From Chlorokybus atmophyticus (Eukaryota; Plantae; Mesostigma and Chlorokybus algae), in assembly GCA_009103225.1 (NCBI GenBank), contig RHPI01000385.1, positions 120,175 through 184,174 on the forward strand: a stretch of DNA of 64,000 nt, given 5' to 3'. Numbering within the stretch: position 1 is the first letter of the stretch; each line of letters starts with the position of its first letter. Position numbers and translations under genes: made by a program. A model generated the notes under the pieces. That model was given only the letters and a program-made list of their open reading frames with translations. It was not told where the DNA came from and made no database searches. This document shows positions 23,827-35,200 of the stretch, one piece after another.

Positions 23827-25554
23827 ATGATGTCGGCGGCAGCAGTTGAATCCCCCTCACCTAGGAGACCATGCTTGGTGTGCCCACAATGCAATGCGTA
23901 CGTATGTGCCAATGGCCGTAGGCAGCAAATGCGAGCACACTTGACCGAATGCCAGCGAGTGCAGACAGTGTGCCACGGTTTTAGTGCTGCTTGCTGGCAT
24001 CACACCACACACAATGTCGACGTGTTTGGCTGCCGCCTCGGCCAAGTGCTGTGCAAGGAACCCGAGTTTTTCCATTGCGTGCAGTGCGTGTGCGAATCGT
24101 GCTCGCGCTCATGCTTCGAGTGGCGAGGGGAACCCATGCGCTTCTTCACATGGACAACACCGGGACATGTGGTTAGTGGACAGGTGGTGGATGCTGTGGA
24201 GGTAATCCACAAGAGTGGACCGCGACGTATCACTGCATGTTATGTTGGGCGTATGCTTATTTCATGCATGTTGAAGCTGTTGTCGCATTCAGAGCAGTCT
24301 TGCACGGTGTGGGCGTGGGCAGTTCCATCCCCTGGCCGCTGTAGAGGAGGCAGACCATCGATTGTTGGACAGCGCACTGCATCGGCTGCGAAAGGTAGTT
24401 AAGTTGGGATGCGAGCAACTGATCGGCGTGAGTGTCATGATGCATTAGCCGCTGAATGGGGAATGGTATGCGGGCGTTGTGGAATCATTCAAGCAAGCGT
24501 CAGGTCAGCATCGCTTCGTGGCGCGCGAGATTGAGGACGCATCATATATGCATGGTGCAATGGAAAATGTCTTTGCAGGGCAGCACCATACAGTATTCGA
24601 TGACGGTGATCGACCACAAACCATCAACTTCAAAGGGCACAACGTATTCGCGTACACATCAGTTGACGGGGCACGCCATGTTCAGCGCGCCGAAGGGGAG
24701 AACGTCAGTCGCAAAGTAAGCCCGGACGGCATCATTGCGAGTCCCTGGCCAGCACCACGGCCAGCCTTGACCACATACACGCCATTTGACAACAAGCTTG
24801 GACGCACACGCAGACCAAGGGCACTCGACCTATTCTGCGGCGGTGGCGGTGCCAGTGTCGGTCTATACCATGCAGGCTTTGACGTGACCGGGATGGACAT
24901 AAGTCCTCCTCTGAGTACCCGCTGCCCTTCATACACCGCGATGTATGCACCCTGAGTGCAGAAGAACTGAGCAAGTACGAGCTCATTTGGGCCAGTCCAC
25001 CATGCCAGGCCTATTTAGGTGCTATCTCGGCACCTCAACGGGCGGCACATGGCACATCCAGGAGACACCAGGATATGATACCGCTCGTCCAACGTCTGCT
25101 GCTTGCAAGCCAGGTCAAGTTTGTGATTGAGAATGTGCCAGGAGCAGCTTCCTCATTCAAACCCAATCTGTCCCTTTGTGGCACAATGTTTGGCCTATCA
25201 ACTTTCCGACACCGTCTGTTTGAGACACAACCAATGGTAGCTACCCCACCAGCACGCTGCTCGCACACGGGCAAGGCAGTTGGACTGCTATCGCCGCACC
25301 TGTCCGCTAGCGCGAAGAAGACAATTGTGACATCAAATGCGCCGCAGCAAATGTACCCGGTCTATGGCCTTCCAAGCACCAGGGGCGGCATTGCTGCGTG
25401 GCAAACAGCGCTAGGAGTGCCATGGATGACCTCGGCCGTTACCATAGCGAATGCAGTTTCTCCCGCAATGGTGGAGTGCATAGGGCGTCTCATGCTTGAA
25501 ACAATGGGTATGCGCTGTGACTACCCTCATGTGTCATGGAACTATGAGGCTTGA
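23827..25554 (+). pseudogene. Cargo gene C: Cys-rich region - Tudor/Agenet-like domain - C5 cytosine DNA methyltransferase of compact phage/actinobacterial type (one TAG, at least one frameshift)
   Basis: Motif I ALDLFCGGGGAS, II/III GFDVTGMDI..EYPLPFIHRDV, IV IWASPPCQAY, VI VIENVPG, VIII LCGTMFGL..FRHRLFET, X PWM..TIANAVSPAMVECIG. A 1-nt deletion in a CCT run near 24910 separates motifs I and IV. Upstream in the same frame: LIGVSVMMH*PLNGEWYAGVVESF...QH...TVFDDGD (Tudor-like). Confidence 0.85.
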
Positions 25555-25753
25555 GTGTGGTGCACTGTATTGATGCTTAATGCCACACGGCGGATTGATT
25601 GTTGAATGTTGCATGACACATTCGATTGTGGTGATAGTTGTGCAGTGACAGCTGCCCGGTACTGTACACGTCCACATGAGTCTTAACATACGATTAGCAG
25701 TGCCTAACTGACTGATATGCTCCAAACTCAGAGTAGTGAGACAAATACATGTG

Positions 25754-28700
25754 TCACGTGGAAGTGCAACGAACGTTCCCCCAATACTTGCCCTCTTGTA
25801 CACGGGCGCTGTCCTTGTCAAACATGGGGAGCAGCTGGACAATGCCTTTTACTTGCTCCAGAGTCACGACATCGAGATGTGGACCCCCTCGACGCTTTTC
25901 CCATTCCAGAGCGATGCACTTTGTGTCGCTCGTCACATCGAGCTTCGTGTACCAGCGGACAAACACGACCTCCTTCCACACGCGCTCGCCGCTACCACCC
26001 CACACCACCACGCGCAGAACAAGGAGTGCCCGAGCCCACCACGTCACATACACACCGTCCTCATCACCTTCCAACTCAAGTGTAGCGAACCAAGGCAGCC
26101 CATGGAACATCCCAGTTGCGCGTGCCATGCTGACTCCAGATGTCATGTACACCGCTGCGCCTCCGTTCACCACGCGAACGTCACGCCACCTGTCGGCCAA
26201 CTTCAGTTGTTCCACCCTCAACCAGTTGTTCAGGGTGGCAGGCAGCTTGTCGGCGAATGGAGTCTTCACGGCGACTTGGCGGCTACGCGCAGATCCGCTC
26301 TAGTACAGGCTGGACTCCCTCTTTGTCAGCACATCCATCCGTAGCAACTTGTCCGTGTTCTCTATTACATTACAGCACTGCTGCCGCGCCTGCGCCATGA
26401 CCGAGCGCATCTCGAGATCCACGACCATGCCATCCTCTCTCACATATTCCGCACAGCTCCATGCCTTCAGGATACGTGCTTGGTAGTCCCGGTTGTTGCC
26501 ACCACGCGCCCACCGTTTGATGTTTTGAGCGTGCGTCTGCTCCATACGGTTGGCGCGAACCAGTCTGGGTGTCCACTGCTGACAATTGCCGGCCTAAAAT
26601 AAGTGAGATGATGCATCCTCTCGATCTTCCAACCTGACTTCTGTGCAGAATATGACGACAGTAGCGGATGCAACACTGCAGCTTTGAAGGCAGCCAGCTC
26701 GTTGTCGGCTGTGGTCAGGGTCTCTATTGTGTGTTCATGCGCCTTGAGCAACTTCTTGTTCCATTGGGCAAGCGATGCGGCTGCAATAGTGAAAAAATCG
26801 TTGCCCTCACTGTCGAGCAGCAAACCGTCTGCAAGGACCGGCAGTAGCTGCAGCACCGCCGCTTTCTCGACCATACCTGAAAGGAGTGGTCGTACAGGAA
26901 AAAATCTACTGTGCTTGTGGGTGCCTTCAAGTGCGGAACCTGTAAAGTCGCTTTGCATGCATTCAGCCTGTGCAAATCTGCTTATGAGCACGTGTCGTTG
27001 GCTTTTGTGTTCAACACAAAAGCAACACCAAAGACGTGCTTGGCCTGCAGAACCTGTCTTGTGGATGGACGCATTCGTTCTTTTGCAGCGTCGTACAAAG
27101 CAGCAAGCAAGTGGTCAATGATGCCTCCCAGCACATGCATTGCGTCAGGGGCAAGACGAGAGTAGCAGTCAGCTCCCGGCACCCGCGACTGTCGCCAACT
27201 CCACAGTGCATTCCGTTGCCAAACCCATTGCCTGGTTTCACGGAAAGCCATTCATCCTTACAAATGCCGGTAATTTGACCATTACCTCCTCGACATGCAT
27301 GGAGTGCTGCTCTTTGAAAGCCTTGGCTGTCTGGCGTGTATTTTTAACACCGCTATGCAAGTCCGCCCGCAGCTGACATATTGCTGGTGTGTAGAAGGCC
27401 TCGGTCCACAATTCCCGGTCCTCATCCATTTCCAACAGAGCTGATTTGGTGACGAGACAAACATTGCAAGGATGTCGTGTTTGGTTGCCCGACACAGTGC
27501 GTGCGAGTGTGGCAGTCTTCTACTACACGACAAGCTCAAATGCTCTACTGACAACATCCTCCATGCACTTTGCTGGCAGGCTACATCCGGTTACAACCAT
27601 GCATGCCCACTACCTGCAAATCGCTGATGTAGTTGGCAAGCGCGGGAAACACACGACGCTCGATGCCATTCGGGTCGATAAGCTGCAGACCTTCCAAACT
27701 CGGCCGCTTCACATCCCCTAACACTACATCCAAAGCGTCATGAAAAATCTCACGTTTCTGAAGGGAGAACGATTCCTTGCCCTGCGCCCAGGTGGGATGC
27801 CCGGCGACTGTGTGAACCACCGGCAGAAGCGCTATCATAACAACCCCCATGTTGCTAGCATACATGTCCCAATTGTTGGCAAGCGATGCCATCAGAGGGT
27901 AGCCAGAGCGCTTGCCCGCGCTGTCCAGCGTGGTCTTGTCACTGTACACAATGGCAGGCGCCAACTACGACGCTTCCCCCACCTCTCTCCTCAAATCCAC
28001 CTCCACATCCTTTCACCAATCGCCCGTGGAAGGATGGCCAAAGCTGTGCTCGTCACCACTGTACTGAAGATTGAAGCCATTGGCGGCATGTGGATTGCCA
28101 TACAACCACGCGAGCCATACCTGCTCCGACCAAGAACATTAACAGGCATGCTGGCCTCAAAATAGATACTGCATCGATACTGCACTGGGTACTGCATTTC
28201 ACAGACCTTGGACGGCATATATGTGACGCTGATGTCCTAATCCTCGGGGTCTCCAGGCTTGCGCAGGTCAGCCGTCACGTAGTTCTGATATGGCAGCACA
28301 CTCGCATGTGCATATGTGACATGGCTCTAATGGTTGAAGCACATGCACCGCACACCGTGAACAAACCTCAGATTGAGAGAAAGCAATTGTGGTCCAGAGG
28401 TAGCTGGCCACATGCACACCGGTCTCCCAGCTCTTCCGTCAGGAAGTGTGCACATCGGATGCACTTGATGATCCGCCCCATGTCGGAGGCTGACAGGCTT
28501 TGGCCGTTGTTCCACTGCACGAATGCCACTGCAAGACCATGCTCCGAGCCATACCACCTGGATTCCGATGCGTGCGAAGGGACGCCTCCACTTCCATGTT
28601 GGTGTGCCACAGGTTGCTTAGGCACACGCACACATTGAAAGCCCTCGTTCACTTCCTCCTCCTCCTGTTGCTGCTGTGCGTGTGTCTCCTGGAGGAATCC

Positions 28701-29038
28701 TTCAGCATTAAGTATGTGCGCATCCTGGATCGAATCCCCCGACTCAACACTGACCCGCATCGTACTGTCATGGACGCTGGCCGACATACAGCTTGATTTG
28801 CTTGCACACCCTGCTGCTAATGATGTGCATGTAGACCGAGCTGCATGTGGCGAAGCGCATGTGGCAATACGAACAAAGGACTCCCATATCTCACTACTAA
28901 CGTCAACACAGGTGCCGCCAATGCAACCTGCATCATATCCAGCAACACGCACACCCGCCGCCGCCGCCGCCACCGCCACCGCCACCGCTACCCTTGCATG
29001 CCAGAGGCGGGAAACTTGGCCGCCACTCACTGGCTCCA
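25754..29038 (-). mobile_element. Plavaka-type (CACTA/EnSpm-related) transposase, degenerate
   Basis: Ordered motifs: LYGNP..., HPSTGDW*K (TGDWW), PAIVYSDKTTLD..SGYPL, ALLP, FHDALDVVL, DPNGIERRVFPALANYISD, PCNVC, LAPDAMHVL-GGIIDHL, HTIETL..L..F, WKIERMHHL, EQTHAQNIKR..RGGNNRDY, and C-terminal RATGMFHG..W..VRWY..GIVQLLPMF. Multiple frameshifts and stops. The 5' end is approximate. Confidence 0.8.
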
Positions 29039-29325
29039 TTGTACCATTATTATAGTACGATCGAGCCATTGCACGTCTAGGGTGAGTCTCTGCATGTATA
29101 TCCTGATTGAACCGTTTCAATGATACGAAGATGCCTTTGCCAAAAGGTACCATTGAAATGGTACCTTTGTACAGTGGCAATGGCAGTTCGTACCATTGAC
29201 AAGTGCTGTGCCTGCGCATGAAAACACCATTGATAGCTCCGCCAAGCTATGCTCTTACAGGGGCGTGATGCCGAGGGTATGTGGCGTTTGGTGGATCGTT
29301 GGCGCTGCCAGGGGCGTAGTGGGCA

Positions 29326-30214
29326 TTGTGGTCGATGTCCGGGTTGAATTCCATGTTCGCACAGGGCGGGCAGGGTGCCGGAGGGGTGTCCTTGGTGTCA
29401 AACCCCACCATGCCTACCAAGGGCACAGCCAATGACAACAGTGACTCGAGCGATATCTTACAGGGCTCCCCCTCCGAGTGGGCAAAGGCACACCACAATA
29501 CTGCCTCTAAGAACATCCGACCCACCAGCAGCTGCGACCACGGCGACATGATTGAAGGGACCAAACAAGATTGGCATAAACAAAGTGGGTTACGATGTGC
29601 TGTTAATGCCACATGCTAGGGTTCTTTTATCTTGCACATGCACAGCCTCAAGTATCTTGCACATGACATACACTGTCAATACCACCACATGCACACCCTC
29701 ATGCACAACCTCCAGTGTCATGCACATGAACAGCATGCCCAATCTCGCAAATGCACAGCCTATTTCTACTTGCGGGAGCTCACAAGCCGCAAAAGCGAAG
29801 CTGCGGAGTACCACGAACGGGTAATCCATGACCTAGTTTAAGGTTTCCAGCGGTGCTTAAGCGCTATGCTTGCAGATTGCCATGTTGGTCAGAGTAAACC
29901 GAGAGCAGCGTGGGAGGCTGACTGTTTGCGTGGCGGAGTGCAACAAAGCGGAAGACGAGGTAAGCATGTGTAAGCTGATGGGCTAGTCCTCTTGCAGCAC
30001 GCCACTCTTATAGCATTACCAAATGCAGGTGGTCACTCTCAAAGCGACCATCAAGCGCATGCGCGTGCACAGCGAGGCGCTGACATTCAAGCTGAAGGAC
30101 GAAGTAGCCGCTGTACTGTCAGCGAGCCAGGCAGCGGATGAAGATGACTCCGATGTTGAAGCAGAAGACTTGTTGGAGGAGGACATGAGGAGAAGGTTTG
30201 AGGAGGAGTTCTGA
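29326..30214 (+). CDS. Intron-containing orphan cargo gene E (coiled-coil, acidic C-terminus), divergent from the transposase
   Basis: In-frame GT-AG joined exons AYFYLRELTSRKSEAAEYHER|IAMLVRVNREQRGRLTVCVAECNKAEDE|VVTLKATIKRMR...EEDMRRRFEEEF*. The 5' exon is uncertain. Confidence 0.5.
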
Positions 30215-30853
30215 GGCAGGCACCATGGGTTGACAAGCTGCGCATGAGTGCCACAGCTAGACTCAATGTTATAGGGTAGTTTTATGCGCAAGTCAGCTGC
30301 TCAGTTGCAAGTGGACATACTCTCACCACTGCCGGTACATTGTATATATTGTGGGCTTATAGGTGCAAGACCAAACAATCAGTCCAAGGTTTGTACAAGC
30401 TGCATGGCATGTTAGTGTTGGCTTACGGCAAGAATTGCCAACTTTTGTCAAATGGCAAGGGTCACATATTAACAGCTATGTAACGGCAAAGAAACTGCCG
30501 GCTATTGATGTCAGCTGCCCGTAACTACCGGCTAATGGCCGTCTGTGCACATCGAACAAAGGGTAACAAACCTCGGCCGGTTAGTGCCACTGACAACCAC
30601 TTTCGGCCCGCGGCCGTCTGCGTCAGTCCGCTCAAGCCAACGGCAAACCCAACAGTCCAAAAGTAACATTTTAGGCAGCGGCAGGCAGGCTCAGGCAGGC
30701 TCAGGCACCAGTCAGTCCCTCAGTTCCTAGTCAGTCATCGTGTAAAATTTGCAATGATAAGACTTGTTGTTGATTGTTGTTGCAAGCTTTGCTTGCACAA
30801 CTCTTTGTGCTTACACAAATTCGTTGTTACAAGCTGTATTGCTGTGTTCAAAC

Positions 30854-32220
30854 ATGGCAAAAGGCAAGTCAAAAAAGACATCTCAGCGCACTGAGTATCC
30901 CCCGCTACGCAAGTAGAGGGGCAACAAGAGGATACAATTGACCCACAGGATGAGATTGAAGGGGCCATTCACCTCCTTCCTGGTGAACGGTTTGACAAAC
31001 TTGAACCCGCTAGGCAGCAGCGCCTTATACTTGATGTAGAGAAGCGGTTGAAAGATGTTGAACTGGGGGCAACCCCGTTAAAGTTGCCTGCAGACCCTAC
31101 TCAGATTGTGCATGTTGATATCAATGAGCCTGGGGAGAAAACTACACAGCAACAACCTGCACCAGCAGCTACTCGCACCACTTCAGAGGGAGCTCAACAA
31201 AACCAACTTTTTGTGTTGCACCCACTGAGACTAATGATGACTCAGAATTTTCTGCGCGTCCTTGACGCTGCTTTTAATGGCCCGCGTTGCGCATTACAAT
31301 CTTTAGCACAGTAATGTCGCCATTAGGAAGCGTTCACGCGAGGCGTTGCATCTGGATTGGAGAATGCAGAGTCATTAATCTCTCATCTGTCGCAGCAAGT
31401 TACGGCATTGCGCTCTGCACCCGCCACAAGCAGTATGTCTGCCAATGCCAAGATGGCATTGGTCAAGCCATCCAAGTTTGATCCCATTGACAGGAAGACT
31501 ACTGTTAACAAGTGGATTGTGTCCATTAACAAGTGGTTGGCCTTAGCCAATGACATGTCAGGGGGGGACAACTTTAACATTCATCTCAATTTGGCACCAG
31601 CAGAGGTGCAGATGCAGCATGAGAAGGGCAAGTTTGCAAGTACCATGCAAGCACTGCTGAACTACATGCGCAGTCACTACCAGAGTGTTGCGTCTTGGGT
31701 GGAAGCAGATGAGAAGTTGGCCCAACTTCGAATGGGCAACAAGAGTGCTGATGTGTATGCGCGCGAGTGGCGCCTGTTGGTTGATGCAGTCAACCAAGGA
31801 CCACTTCCGTAAGATGCGGCTGCACAGATGCGCTCCATTCGCAGTGGATTACGCAAGAATCTCGTCACCAGCTTGCAGCTAAGAGGGGACAACACTGTGA
31901 GGGGGCCTGGGGATCTGGATGAGTACCTCAAGGCTGTCATCAGTATCGACCACTCTCTACGATCTACCAAAGCAACTCACTCCTGAGGATACAGCTGCAG
32001 TGTCAGTGCAAAAGTAGAAAGAGCGCACGGACGGCAAACGTGAAGCACCTGAGCAATCCAAGAGGTCCCGCTTCAATAAGCCCAAGATGACTTGTGCTTC
32101 TTGCAGGAAGCCTGGTCACACGGCAGATCATTGTTGGCAGCTGCACCCTGCGCTTAAGGCCTCTGCGTCTCAAATGGTCAAGGGCAAAGGCCAGAAGAGT
32201 CAGCTGCAGCCGTAGGGATT
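30854..32220 (+). pseudogene. Gag of the Gypsy element, degraded
   Basis: KPSKFDP..W...AxEKLAQLRMG..ADVY retrotransposon gag-like core and a CCHC knuckle CASCRKPGHTADHCWQLHP; several stops and frameshifts. Confidence 0.75.
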
Positions 32221-32224
32221 AGCC

Positions 32225-35200
32225 ATGGCCACTGTGCCAAGAGACATTGGTTTGGACATTATATCTGTTTTACGTATTCATGGTATTGCACATGCTTGGT
32301 TTGATCATCATACGTTGCCTGTATTGCGGCGTGATGAACCAGTGCATGATGCGCGTGTGTTACTTTCATGCAAACCAGCTGACTTAGCAACTAATTTAGC
32401 AGAGTTTGCTATGTTTCAAAAACATCATCATGATATCATAGGGTATGTCCTCATGCCATGCTATAATGACTCATGGTTCAAATGGACATGGACATTACAT
32501 AAAGACCATATGGACACCTTGTGGCTAAGTTCAAGCGGACAACCGACATGCCTACTTCCATGAAGTTGGTGGTGCTTCCGCCGCACAGTGACCATGTGTA
32601 ACGATGCTCGTGCTGATTGAACACCTCACCAGAGCTACCAGCCTGATGAACGAGCTAGGATGCAACTGAGCACACTATGGCGCTATCACATGTGCACCTA
32701 CTCGCAATCAATCAACAACAGTATTCGCACTGTGGGGTGAACACCTTGAGGGCAATGTAGGCGCCTCAAAGCTTGTGGGGGCAGTCTGGTCCGTGCAAGA
32801 GCTGTAGCAAAAGCAAACCCGCGCGCACACTCGTACCGTGGATGCAAACTATACAAGCACGCACACACCGTCCACAACAAGGGCAAATAACTTAATTTCC
32901 GCTTGGTCCAACCTCCCTAAAGGCAGTATACTAGCTACTTATATACCTAAGAGGCTACACTATCATTGTAGAAGTTAACTATGTTGACTCCACCGCGAAC
33001 ACATGCTCGAAAACACGTGAATTAGCTGTTTAAACTGCGTCGGCGCATAGAAACTGTCAACGGTGGTCAAATGTCAACGCATAACGCTCGCGTGACCTTT
33101 TACACGCGCGCCCTTGTTGTATTAATAACCCGGCGTCTTGGGACTTTATATAAGCATAACGCGTCAGGCCTGTTAAACAGGGCTGTTTTGGGGTAAAAGG
33201 GCTAGAAACGTAGCTTAAAAGCAAGTGTAACACCAACTTTGTTACACCATGCGCTTGTGGCCGCATTTGAAGGTGATCTTATTCCCTTACTATGGACCTT
33301 TCAGGGTTCTTTAGCGGGTTATTATGCTTCATTTGTGTTGGACACCGCTGCTACGCATAGCTTCATTAATCATTTCTTAGTGAAACGCTTATCGTTGGCT
33401 ACGTCACAAGCAAACATGCTGTTGCATGCCGCAGCGCGTAACGCTTTGCCTCTATATGGCGTGGTCAATGCATGCGCATTGGTGCATACTCGGGCGTGTT
33501 GAAGCTGTTAGTCACAGATCTTGGGATTGACAATGCTGATGTTATACTGGGGCTTGGTTGGCAACAAGCTGTGCGTCTGACTCTAGACACATTTGCAAAA
33601 ACATGTTCTGTACGCAAAGGTAAGCGTAAAGTTACGCTCACCACGCAATTGCGACAAACTTTGCCTGAGCCTGCAGGGCTTTTTGATGCTTTGCAAGCCA
33701 CACGTGTGTATCGCAGCCATAAATTAATGGCCTTTTGGGCTCATGTACATGCTGCTTCCTATGCCAACAGCGCTGCAATAAATAGCATTCCTGAAATGCA
33801 ACAAGTGGTGAATACATTTCATCGATGTTTGCTGACGCTTTGCCGGAACTACCACCGGATAGAGGTATTGGTCATACCGGTTTTATTGAACCAGGATTTG
33901 CCCCTCCGTCACGACCTACCTATAGGCTAAGTCCTGTAGAGAGGGTGGAAATGGAAAAGCAGATCACTGAGTTATTGGCCAAAGGTTTCATGAGCCGAGT
34001 AAAACTCCATACGGCTCTCCCATTCTCTTGGTGAGAAAGAAAAACGGGAAGCTACGCATGTGTGTGGATTATTGTGCATTGAACAAGATCGAAAAGTCAA
34101 AGTTAGGTACCCTTTACCACGCATTGATGACATGCTGGACTCATTATCGGGGAGTAAGTACTTTACACCACTCGACTTGACTGGTGGTTGTCATCAGATC
34201 CGGTTGCATCCCAATGATGTAAATAAGAATGCTTTCAGAACGCCGATTGGCCATCATGAATTCAAGGTGTTGCCGTTTGGTTTGACCAACGCACCCGCAG
34301 TCTTTCAAGCCGAGATGAATGTTGTGTTTGGCGACTTGCTTAGCAAGTTTGTAAAGGTGCACCTGGATGACATCATTGTTCATAGTAATGACTTGGATGA
34401 ATATCAACAACATGTGGCAATCGTTCGTGAGCGGTTGCAAAAGCACATGTTGTTTGCCAACCTCAGCAAATGCAATTTAGGTAAGCAGGAGTTGCCATAC
34501 TTGGGGCACATTGTTGATATTGATGGCATCAAGCCTGATCCTACCAAAGTTAAGATCGTGGAAGATTGGCCTACGCCTCGCAATCAGCATGAGCTGATGT
34601 CATTTTTGGGCCTGGCTAACTACTTTCGACAGTTTTTATTCTGTTACAGTTCATTGACTTTGTCGTTGACAACATTGTTGCGGAAAGGACAGTGCTTTAC
34701 ATGGGATGCAAAACACGACGAATCCATGCGCCTGATCAAGCGTGCACTAATATCAGCACTTGTACTGGTAATGCTGGATTGGAAGACACAATTCACCGTG
34801 ATAAGTGATGCTTCCAAGTTGGGGTGTGGGGCGGTGCTCGTGCAAAACGATCGTGTGTGCGTATGAGTCTCGCAAGTTCATTCCGGCTGAGGTAAAATAT
34901 ACCACTACTGAGCAAGAACTATTAAGGGTGGTGCATGCACTGAAAACGTGGCATTGCTATCCTGAGGGCGTACACTTTACAGTGATAACAGACCACAACC
35001 CTCTCGTGTTCTTACAGACTCAGCCAATGCTTTCTCGTTGTCAGGCACGCTGGAATGAGATTTTGTCTCATTTTAATTCCGAATGGTGCTATCGTCCTGG
35101 TCGTACAAATGTGGCGGATCCATTAAGCTGCATACCGGTGATGATTAACAGCATTCAGGCAAACGTCAATGCCGTTGTCGCTGTTACACCGGACATGTCA

